Shown here: positions 49,801 to 61,146 of the stretch, piece after piece
How positions within the stretch are numbered: the stretch's first letter is position 1
Layout: each line of letters begins with the position of its first letter
NCBI GenBank assembly: GCA_977030845.1
Contig: OZ365110.1
Location: 18,166,001 to 18,230,000, forward strand
Length of the DNA stretch: 64,000 bases
Source of the DNA: Fimbriosthenelais zetlandica
Taxonomy: Eukaryota
Direction of reading: 5' to 3'
Made by a program: the position numbers and the translations under genes
Notes under the pieces: model-generated
Databases searched by the model: none
Told to the model about the DNA's origin: nothing
Seen by the model: only the letters and a program-made list of their open reading frames with translations

Positions 49801-52800
49801 TATATTTAGAGGATTTGTGGTACTTCTCTCAAGTTGGGAAAGTTTGATTGAATCCTGAGCTTCCCTGAAGTTAATATGGTTCAGACTGCCTGGATGGTGC
49901 AGAACTTCAGACTCCAGTGGTGGAGGGGATGATTGCCAAGGCCGTTTCATCATAGCCAGTTAAAATATTAATGGTTGCGGGAGCATTTTCCACCCTGTGA
50001 CTTGGGCCTGGCGTTGATTACATGCAAGTGAGGTTGGAAGGGAGAAATGGCCGGGTTTGGTGGTGGTGTACTGGTGTGGTGGTAGTGAGTGGTGGTGGTG
50101 GCGGCGGTGGTGGCCGTGTTGTGGTGGAGTGGTGGTGATAGGAGTAGGGAGAGGTTGAAGCAGGCAGGCAGGAGAGTGGTGGTGCTAGTATGGTGTGGTG
50201 GAGGTGGTGGTGGAGGCACAACACCGTCATATAGGCGTTGCTAGGCAATGGTAGGTGGGGTAGTGTTGGAAAGTGCTGGCTGTCATTATCGATTGGCTCC
50301 CCCACCGCCTCCCACTGGGTGGTGGTGGGGTGGGGGGTGACTGGTTGGGGGGAGAAGGGTAGGGGCTTTTCCAACCATCAGGTCATGGCCTGGTCTGTCT
50401 GTCTACTTCTACCACAACCAGCAGCCGATCAGCACCGACACACACTAAACATTCCACCATGGCCTACTCCTACATCCAAGCTCCTCCTCACCCATCCGCC
50501 ATCATGGCTTCTAGCTTAAGCCGCTGGGAAAGCAGCACTCTTCCCCTCTCCCTCCTTTTTCTTCCCCTCCTCCTCTTCTACTTCCCCTGTCAGAGAGACG
50601 GATGCAAAGTTACCCGCCTGGCACTCTGCCAATCACTCGTGTTTTCCCGTAGTTCCTCTCCGAGACCCTTACTTCAGTGCGCCATTCCCGTGGTATTTTC
50701 CCAAGCAGGGCTCTCCCCCCTAACTTCACTTAAGGCAGGGCTCTCGTGTCCAGGGCTCTCGCTTCGTGGACAGGGTTCTCCTGGCCCCCCGGAACACGTG
50801 CGTCCAGAGAAGGCCATGTTGTTGTGTATCGGTGCAGTGACTTAGTTTCATTGTTTTGTGGACTATTCGTGTTCATTCACGAGCCTCGAATAGGCCTATA
50901 TATGGTGGAGTTGGTTTTTCCCAAGACATACTCTTTAATATCAAGGCAAGCATTGCACAAGAGCATAACATTTTTATAATTATCAAACTTTAAAAAAATA
51001 TAATTTTAAATTACTTTCAAACGCTCATCTCATCAGTTAATATTTAACTGGACCTGGAATTTGAATCAGACGTATTTTACATCTTGATACTGTTCATACT
51101 TATATGTAAATTTATTGAAATATATTGCATTGCATCAGACGACAAGTGTTATTTAGCTTACCTTTCATATGAGTACAATAGCATCACCCGCGCTACTTAG
51201 CACCTTTTATGAATTTATTCGAGTGAAATATGCCCTCAATTACTTCCACTAGGTGCATGAGTCATTGCCATAGTTATGTTTCAAATAATAGCAGGAAAAC
51301 TTGTGAAGAATGCGTGTTTCATAATTATTGATAATTGCTAGCATTAATGATCTAATCAGGTAGTTTGGGCCAAATTTTGCGAAAGTTACTTTACTCTCTA
51401 TTTAAAGATGATTTTTTTTGAGGATTGAACAGCATGGTTTCATTTTTCAAAAATTCCAATGAGGTAGATCGCAATTTGGTTATGATTTTGGTTTGAAAAC
51501 TTTGCACTTTCAGATTGATGTTAACAAAACGATGGGGAATAGAATCCTGCATTGTTTTAAAATCTTATGGGGGTGGGGTGGTAGAAGTCAGTTGTGGGGG
51601 TAGGTAGCTATCCCACCAATTGTCCTCCCAAAGATGAAACAAATTAAGCATTCTAATACATGTATACTGAACTCTTTGGGTAGAAACTCTGTAATGAACG
51701 TTATTAATTTACTTTCAAGTGGACATGCATTAACATCCAGTTGCAAGTGCATAAATTTGTTAGAAATGTGATCATCAGATGTTAAATGCACATATCATTT
51801 TGAATGCTTAATTTCAGTGTTTAACTATTGCCTATCGGAGTATCCCTCGACCAATCCTATTGATTTATCTACCCGTATTCCCTTACCCCCTTTCAATGAT
51901 CCCACCCCTTCCTTTGTCAAATTGTGTTAGTGTACCCCCCCTCTTCCCAAATTATTCTCACCCCTCGTCCTCCCTATCAACCTTGTCTCCCTACTGATAT
52001 TCCTGGCATAGGCCTGTACTGGCTGTCATAGGAGATAATAGTGGTGGAAGAGATAAATGGTGTGGACCCTCATGTCCCGCCAGACCGGGGTCGGGCAGAC
52101 TGTGATTGTGTAATGGTCAGGGGTCTGGGTGCGATATGACCCTCCCGGGCCTCATCACAGTCACGCCGACCTAAACTGGGAACCAGCTTCCATAACTGGA
52201 GATTTCTGGCCTAAAATTAGGCTAAATCTAATACTAAAACCAAAACTTCGATAAGTAGTGCTGCCCTCATGAATATAACAATGAAGTCCTTATTTCCCGC
52301 TTGATTAATTGTCTTGTAATGGCGATGTAATTATAGTATGATGTGTATTTCTGCATTTTCTATACACAATTTTGACAAATGTTCTAGAATAGGTTTATAC
52401 GGATTTCCAAATTGATAATCATAAACCTATTGTTTAAAGACCGTAGCTTGTTAGTTGTAACAAAAATATTTGATCGATTGGCTCATCTATTTAGTATTTT
52501 CCATTAATATTGCCCAGAATACCTTTAGTTACCATGATTATTTCGGAGTAAAGATCATCCATATTGATATCATCGGAACCCGATATCCGCATTCTCCAGA
52601 TTTTAACAAATTTTGCATAAATTTATACCAGCTTCATTTGTTCATGCTATATAGTTGTAAAGATTTCTGTCTCGAGGGAATATCAGAACGTGTGGGTGGT
52701 GATGGGGATGAGGGAGAAAGGGTTTGGGATAGGGAGAGAACTTAATGGACACTGTGGTGGTTAAGTTTGGGACCTGATTTGGGGAGAGATGCTGTAGAAA

Positions 52801-55800
52801 GTGATTGTCAAGGAATGAACCAAAATCAGGGCTTCCCCCACCCACGCCCACTGACCAGTACACATCAAAGCTAACACCTGTTTGCCTCGCGTTTGCTCCA
52901 GGTACACATGGCTGTGTATCGGCCGGTATAGTTTATCAGGTCCATCAACGAGCCCTGCATGCCTGGAATACTAATGTTCAGATGGTAGGCTCACTGGCCT
53001 AGATCCGAGAGAACAGGGTTACACAGACCCCCACCAACTGTCTGTGTGGGCCAAACAGAGAGGGTCTTCAACCCCCACGATAAACCGTCTCATTCACTCC
53101 CTCCCTACCAAACCCCCACCCAACACACATATGCCTTGGTCAACAGACTTGTATACTCGGCACACACTCCAATGTCTAAACCCCCCTGATCCATCCCTCA
53201 CCGCTGAAAGCTGAGTGTATTCCCTTGGACCCTTTTCCCGCCTCCCTTCTTCGTCCTCTCCTTTTCCCACTCCTTGCATCACACAATCCTTGTCTCAGGC
53301 CCTGTGGCTGTCACCCTACTACCTGAATGGATGCTCGTACAGTCTATATTTATAGTAAACTTGTAGGGTAAAATTGTACTAATCCTCTGGGTTTGATCGG
53401 GGTTTGATGTGTATTCAGTGTCAGCTGAGTTACGTGTGAAGTCTTTGATGTAAGGTAACGCCTCTAGTTGACCCAGGCTCAATCTCTCTCTCATGTCCTC
53501 TTCTCATAGATCATGATGTGTCAGTGTCACAGTTCTAAGCTAAAACAAGTTAAGGCATTCCCTCCTGAATGTGTGACAGCGAAGTATTATGTATTGCCTC
53601 AGCCTCTAATAATTCCCTAATAACCCTAAAAGTGTATCGGTAGCATGATTGTCACTATCACTATAGGGGTGAGATTCTTGAATCCACCGGTTCAGTTATC
53701 TGTACTATATCTAATGCAGCTGTTTAATGTATACTCGTAATACTACAGTCGAGTATCCTTATTCTGGTCATCCAGCGTTCTGAGCAAAACTGACCATTGT
53801 GTAGGACAACACCTATTAATTATGCTATAGGGTACACCATCGTTCTCGGAAAAACTGACCATAATTGTGGTCTGACCACTAAGGGACGTGACTACTAAGG
53901 GAGAGTGAAATACAATTTTTTAGATTATACACTATAGGGTGGCTGAAGCTCAGTTCAATCATCGTAAGCCTGACCAATATTAGGTATTAGTAAATAGATT
54001 TGAGCGGCACATACCCAACCCCACCCCTCCCACAGCCTCTGCTTGAAGCCTGCCTTCATCGTCAAGCCTTTGAAAGTCGACCCGAGGCCCTTCCCCGAAG
54101 CCTTCTAAGTTGAAAATCAACCCCCTGACCCTACCCCCTCCCCTTCATCCAAATAATATTTGATAATGTATATAAATTTTAATGGGTCATTCCTATTCAG
54201 TTAACCAGTCTGATTATTTCGCTTGTCAACTTGTAAAACATTCTTGAGCAGTATTTCCGAAATCCTGACAACCTTGGTCGGAGAGGTCGGTTGTCTATTG
54301 AATAAAAATCCTTAGCAGCACTGCAGCAGGCTATTGAAACTGGTATTCTAGTCAAATCAGTGGCCATTAAATTAGTATCTAGTTCTTTGGTCGGGTAATA
54401 TCAGGTTTAATATTAGTATTTGAGGATCCCAACTCTCTCGAGAGCTTCCATAACATTTACAGAATTATCTCAGATGGTTCGTTATTTTATTAAGCCTAGA
54501 ATATACTTAGTTTCTTTGAAGTTTGATGTGTAGTTAGAGTAGGTACATATAGGTCAATGGGGATGCGCCGATACCCTAGTTATCAACATTTCCCATCAGA
54601 CCGTTTCATTACTTCTGTAGACGGGGTGGGAATTCATGAATACCTTTAGCAGTCTTCGTAACGTAGTAAGGAACACATTTTTCAGGACATTTTTTCAAAC
54701 TTCCTGGGAGGACGGTCCAATTCAAATGAAGTTATACCTTTGAAAAAAAATTATACCTTTGAATATAGTTATATATTTGAATTCTCACCATCATAACTCT
54801 CCGTTCCCATCTCTGTGTAAACTGAATATTGCTAGCACCCATGTGAAATATTTGTTCAATCAAGTTGTAGGCCTTAATTCGGACACAAACTAAATCCGAG
54901 AATAATCAGTCGTGGAATGTCGACGAGAAAAGTTTGATCACCTCCCACCTCCACTCCATTTCCCAACAGCCCACTATCGCCACCTGGTCCGCTTTACCCA
55001 TACCATATCCTGCCGTGTGGAGAGCCCTGCACGGACGCCCCCCGCCCCCCGCCCCCCCCCCCCCCCCCCCCCCCGGCCTGTCTACTCCCAGTCCATTACA
55101 TGTATTACGTGGGGGAATCATGTCATCAAGTAATGTCAGTTGGCAAGTGGCCAGGCCTATAGAAACGTGCTAATGATAAGGCAACCTGTGGGACGATCAA
55201 AAGACTACAAGCAACAATCGGGACTTGTCTTCACGCACTGTCAGCTTCTAATATTGTCCAATTACTGGTCAGGACAACTGCGGCTGTTAGGCAAGCGTTC
55301 GAAGCCTGACCGACAGGATCGATCCTACTTTTCCTCCTCCCCACACCCCGCAACCATCCTACCCCCATCCCATGGCCATGGCAAAGTTTGGCGTTGTATA
55401 TGAGCGGTATATGAGAATCGTCCCAGGGCTCTTTGTCTTTGTTTTTGAGTGTTAATAAGTTCAGTTTTTGTGTAGAAATTATAATGATTTTGAATGTGTG
55501 GAGATGTTATGTGATATATATCTGAATCTGTGTGTGTTGATTTGTATAAAGCTGTCCGGATATATGAGTCAATGACAGACAGACAATGAATGACAGTGTG
55601 TCTGAACGTGTGTAAAAGGTGTGTGTATGCTTGCATGTGTGTGTATAATGCAGACCGAGTTCCCATAGACCTAGGTGTAGTCAAACTTGGCCATTGCCAT
55701 CACACACGTTTCCCTTTCCCCGCTTGCCTTGCTCTTCCCTTTCCCCCACGTGACTCCCTTTCATATAGATCACTGGTCATTCCTGGGACTCCTCACCTCT

Positions 55801-58800
55801 TGATATCCAATGCTCATATGCTTTAGTCATGTAGGCACGGTCATTATCAATCGTCAGTGGGAGGGTGGGGCCATTTGTTTACTTGTCAGCTCATGACGTA
55901 ACATTCAATGGACGAGTCCATTCACTTCCTCCTGGGGGGTGGACCGTGTATGTGGTATTTTGTAGATCGGAATTCGAACGTGAATAATGTGTACTTTTTT
56001 GGCTGAAATTCTAAGTTAATGGTTAGATACGAGCCGATGTCTATCGGTGATTTATGAATAATCTGCATATACTTGAAATCATCTATTGCATGACATCGAG
56101 TTATGAATTTACTAAGTTGTGTTTTGCAAAGCTCCAAATAAGGAAACAAATGATGAAGATGATAAATATTGGAATTTTCAATATTAAATGTTATTCCAGA
56201 TGTTACCATACCTAAGGCTTGCCGGGACAATGAGTTAAATTATGTTTGTTTTATTTAATAGCTTTAATATCTTAGCCTTTAAAATTTAATTTTATATTAC
56301 AAAATTATTTAAATGAACCTTTCCGTCATATTGCAGGCGATGTAGCAAGTGAAGCAGAGACAATCGGGACGGAGACAGTGAATCCCGAACCCAAAACATC
56401 CCCATCGTCCTCTGTACCACAACCTGAACAACCAACACCATCAACACCACCTCCTCCTCCTCCACCATCACAACAATCAGCAGCACCCCAACCAGACGTA
56501 CAGCCCTCAACTCTCCAGCCAGATGAGGGCCCAGTCCTGCCACCTAGTGAGGTGGACGACAGTCATATGACACATCTCATGAAGTCTGATCAGGAGGATG
56601 TGTTGTTGGTTGAGGAGGTGGTCCTCACCGCTCCATTCACTCAAGACATTCAGTCCTCTACCTCCACCTTGACCACCTCTCTATCATCTCCCACACAGGG
56701 TGGTTCATTGACCACCACCAGCGTGTCTTCTCCCCTGGTTTGCACCAGTCATATCGCGGACAGTAGTACTGGCTTGAGCAATCCACAGTTGCCACCACCA
56801 GGACTAGCCCCCTGCACTAATAGTACCACAGGTGGTAGCAACAACATAGATACCAACTGTGTGGTTACATCATCGTGCATTCCAACACCCATCTGTACAA
56901 CGCAAGAATCGTCGCCCCCCTCAATGCCCACCAAAACGAACGATCAAACACATTGTGTAGAACAAACTCTCAATGTTTCTACTGTTGTGACACTGGTAGA
57001 AAAGAGCCCTTCTCCTCTGGATAGTTCTGCACCATTCAAGCCTGACTCTAGTGAGGAGGCGGAGTCCACCTTATCAATATCCCAGTCTAATGAAGCTGTT
57101 AGTGGTGCTTCAGCATCGTCCACTCACTCCCAGGCCACATGTACTCTCACTTCTAATGTGTCCCCAGGCAGTAACAGTGCTGCTGGGGTCACTGGTGCTT
57201 GTCCGAGCAGTGTTGCCGCTAGTAAAGTTAATTTTGCAGTGACAAAGTTGAGTACGAAGGCCAGTCTGAGGGAAGTTGTGAGGATAACCCCACCTCCAGG
57301 AATCAGTCTGGCCCCACCCCCTCTGAAGACAAAAAGTGAGTCTCCGATTAAAACTGTGAGCGTTGGTCATCGCGTCGTAGTGGCATCTAGTGTTTCTAAG
57401 CAGATAGTGGAAACCTTGGCATCAGCCGTGAGAACCGGGGATGCCACTGGAACATCGGGATCTAACTGTAACGATACCCAAGGTGAAGATGAGAATCATA
57501 GTGGTGGTCTGAAGAAAAGTGAGAACGACACAACTCCTAGCAGTATTAACACACTCAATTCTGGAATTTCAGATGTGCACATGGAGAGAAATGAAGCGAA
57601 CGACATCTCCAACAGTGTCCCCACGAAATCAGAGAGTGCTTCTGGCCCAATGGATAGTGATGCAAACAATCAGTCAGTCACAGCGAAAGCCACGACAGCC
57701 ACTAGTGGTCTACCGACAAGTATTCCCGCTTTAATAACATCTTTAAGTCAGGCGCAGGCTGTGTCGGCATCAGTTGTGTCTGCATCCTCCAGTGTTGCTG
57801 TAGTGAGTGCCACATCTGAATACTCTTCTCCACCTGGACCCGTTGTGTCATCTTCCGAGATTATGTCACGACTTGCTCCGTCTATGCCTAATGTTATCTC
57901 ACAAGTCACACCAACAGTTATGACAGTGGTGGTACCTGCCATCGTTCCCCCAATATCCTCCCACACACCGACGCTGGTGCAGAAAAACTCGCCCCATAAA
58001 AAATCACCCACTTTGAACTCGGACCACACTTCCCCTATTTCTATAAGAGACCTTGCGAAAGAAAAAAGTGTTGTCTCACTTGTGACTAGACCAACAGAAA
58101 ATGACACAAAAATTATCGTCAAGTGTAGGTCACCTACAAGTGAGAGAAGTGCCACTGGCAAAGGTGTTTCACCATCCAAGGATTTACTGGTGCTGCCCAA
58201 CCTGCCGGCTGGTCCAGAGGGTGCGAACGGCAACCAGGACCAGCAGTACCATCAACGCCGGGCTGCACAGTCTAAAAGGATCTCAATCCTCAAACCACTT
58301 TTAGACAGAGACAATGAACCATTAGATGATGCAGACGCAGACCCTCTGTCTGAAATCAAATGGAACCGTGGTGGTGGTGGTGGTGGTGGCGGTGGGGGCA
58401 AGAAGCCCTGCAAAGCTGTTGGTAATGTCCATAATAACAGCAACGTAAACCATGAAAGTGTATCGCATAGAAGCAGCACATCTCAATATACAATTGCCCA
58501 GTTACTTGAGAATGCACATAAGAGGAAAATGAAGCTGGAACAGAACTCCACAAATCAACAGCAGCTGCCTTCTTCTCCGTTGATTGTTGTGTCTACAGAC
58601 ACGGCAGGTAAAGGGAGTGGTCAACGGCAGCCGCTTCCCACCTCCATCTCATCTTCTCAACCACAACAGCAGCAACAGCAACAACAACACCATCAGCAGC
58701 ACCCTCCATCATCCCACCCTACAGTCTGTAGTGCAGCCAGAAGTGCCTTGACCAGCAAACCAGCCAATGCAGCAGGCCATAAACCACATGCCAGCCAGAT

Positions 58801-61146
58801 TTCAGCTCTTACAGACTTTGCCCGAAACTCACACCACAACTTCATGGCCAAGTCGATGCACACCCCTCCCATCATCAACTCCCATCCCATGACTGCCCCT
58901 GGATTCGCTCTCAACCTGACTGAATCAGTCCAGAAAGTAATGAACGCTATTCCAGATAGTCTCTCACCTCCCTCGCATCCACCTCGGTTGAATCGACCGC
59001 AAGGACGGGCCAGCTTAAGTCCATCTGCCAAAGAGAAAATAGCGGAACCCATTGGGGAAAATAACGATACATCATCACCTGCAATGATTCCAACACTTCA
59101 GAGTAAGACTTCACCAGCTGGATCTGGTAGAGCCCTGAACACCTGTGATACAGTCATCAAGCAGGAGCAGCAGGTTGATGTAAAGTGTTCTCTCAATGCT
59201 GAAGCTACTTTAACACAAACTTTGCCTAATACTGATTCCAGACCATCCAACACCACTGTAAAAGTGGAAAAAACGCCCGTCTCTAGTAGTGCTGGGACCT
59301 GTGGTGCTGAGGCATCTAAAGACTCTAAATTAGTGGAAAAACCTGTGACAGTCACCGTTGACTCTTCCAGTTTGTCTATGCAAAATAAACACATACCGGT
59401 AAATAAGAGCAAAGGTCCTGCTGGTGAGCCAGCTAGCAATTGTGAACAGACTAAGGCAGCCCAAAGTGCAGATGCTAAAAGTGTATGCTCAACACCAGTG
59501 AAGAGTGAGGACTCTAAAAAGGGTGAGCCAGTAGCCTCAACGACTGCTCCACAAGTGGCTGAAACACCAGTGAAAGGATGCAGAGTGAGCCAGCGCAAGA
59601 GTGTGGAGAAAGAGGAGGGGACAACTCCTGGCAGGATAACCAGGAGGCGAAGCAGAGAATCCTCGGACAGCAAAGAGAGGGAGGAATCACCCAGAGCCAC
59701 ACCTTGCCGGGGACGCAAAAAGACGACGAGTGAGAGCTCTGATGCTACATTTAACTCGGAGGCTTCCAATGATGGGATGACGCTACGGGGAGGTCGAAGC
59801 ACCGACCGGTCATCGGAGCGGTCAGTTTCACCTCCAACAAGATCCACCCGCAGGAGTGTAAGGAAGAAGACTTCACCAGATGGCGAGGAATTAGTTCCTC
59901 ACACTGTTGTTAACGATCGTCCTGACTCTCCCAAACCGATGAAGCAAACAAGAGGCAGCAAGAGACGCCTCGATTTAGATGATGCACATGTACAGGGCCC
60001 AGAAAAGAGGAGCAAACTTGATGAGAACGCTGGGAAAGATGGAACTGCACCAGTTAGACTAGAATCTGGTGACGATGATCTCATGGTGAATGAGCTCCGT
60101 TCTAAAGGTGGCAAGGTTACCCGAGCTGGTGCTAAAGGTGGTGCTAAGGAAGAGAGGGGAGGCTCTGAAGAGAGAATATCTCCAAAAGGAAGGAAAGGGA
60201 TGAAAGGGGAGGATAAAGAGGTAGAGGAGCATACTACAAGCAAACGATCTGGTAAAAGTAAGGCCAGTGCTGCTGAGGAGACGAGAAAGCCTGTAATGGG
60301 GGCCACAACACGAAGGGCTACAGAGAAAAGACCAAAGTCTCCTGTCAATGGTATGTATTATATTTCCATAATTCAATTCAATTCAATGCTTTTATTCCGG
60401 ACATTTACGTCCATAAACAAATATATACAATCACAGCAAACAATGTAAGAAAATAAAAACTGTGGTTGGAGAAATAAATATGTACCGGTGCTATAACTGG
60501 TTTACATATAGCAACCTTCTCCAGTGGGCCCACAAAGGGGAAGATATATTTGAATCAATTATAATAGGCTGAAACAAATTTATTTTATTATAGCCTGAGG
60601 TAACGCACTTTACAAGACAAAATCACCCAACGAATGCTTCGTTCTTTCTTGCAAGATGTTTTTTTCTTTCGATATTTGTACTCAGCGGACAAAGTCTGAT
60701 TCTGAATCTTTGTTTTTGCAGAGGACAAATCAGCGCCCACAGGGCGAGCTAGGAACCGGGCTGCACCTTCCCCTTCAGAGGAAAACACAAATAAGGGGAC
60801 TGAGGGCGAAGATGCACCGAAGAGGGCTACTAGATCCACTCGATCTAAAGGTACTTGTTCTGCTCCTTTCTCTTATAAAACGTAACCCACAAAGATTATA
60901 CGAAGGCAGACGCATTGAGAGAGATCTGTTGTCAATTTTATTTCAATATTAAGTTATCTAGGCCTATCTATAGCCTAAATTTATCTTTAAGGCATATTTT
61001 ATTCATTTCTTTGTTATATGCATAATACCTCAGGGTCTGAGGCTAATTAATGTGTAATTCATTGTACTGCTCATCTCTTCACAGATCATTGTGAGCTACT
61101 CCCACCCTTGAGCAAGCGGCGACGCTCTTCTAGGGACCACCGGTAG
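37869..61146 (+). CDS. NCOA6: Nuclear receptor coactivator 6 (ASC-2/NRC), about 2918 aa
   Basis: Exons 37869-37989, 42608-47038, 56337-60350, 60722-60850, 61085-61146 (8757 nt, all junctions phase 1). N-terminal KKVEPWNSVRVTFNIPKEAA..LGILAVQIEG, SSPLLVNLLQSD and C-terminal SKRRR match recalled NCOA6. Confidence 0.93.
43357..43545 (+). repeat. CAG/CAA polyglutamine-coding tract
   Basis: Translates to Q-rich runs. A second Q/P-rich tract lies at about 45250-45340 and a Q-run at about 58660-58700. Confidence 0.9.
43639..43665 (+). other. NCOA6: NCOA6 LxxLL-1 nuclear-receptor box (LLVNLLQSD)
   Basis: Same as the recalled vertebrate SPLLVNLLQSD box. Confidence 0.9.
53745..53900 (+). mobile_element. 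Truncated TA-flanked DNA-transposon fragment
   Basis: Begins TA|CAGTCGAGTATCC with repeated CTGACCA motifs. A matching terminus TCTCGACTG|TA occurs at about 11467-11477. Confidence 0.4.
55037..55074 (+). repeat. Poly-C tract (C23 core)
   Basis: Homopolymer at 55052-55074 preceded by CCCCCCG units. Confidence 0.85.
60371..60560 (-). mobile_element. Probable 3' tail of a LINE/SINE in antisense orientation
   Basis: Minus strand reads AATAAA followed by a (TTGAA)3 tail (plus strand (ATTCA)3 at 60371-60385 and TTTATT at 60391-60396). The upstream boundary is uncertain. Confidence 0.4.

Noticed and set aside
49968-50845. Pro/His/Thr-rich and Leu-rich ORFs in NCOA6 intron 3
   Set aside because: Translations of simple G-rich and C-rich tracts, with no domain or supported exon structure.
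57748-60348. Long antisense ORFs (161, 249 and 149 aa) over the second giant exon
   Set aside because: Shadow frames with no independent promoter, splice or homology evidence.
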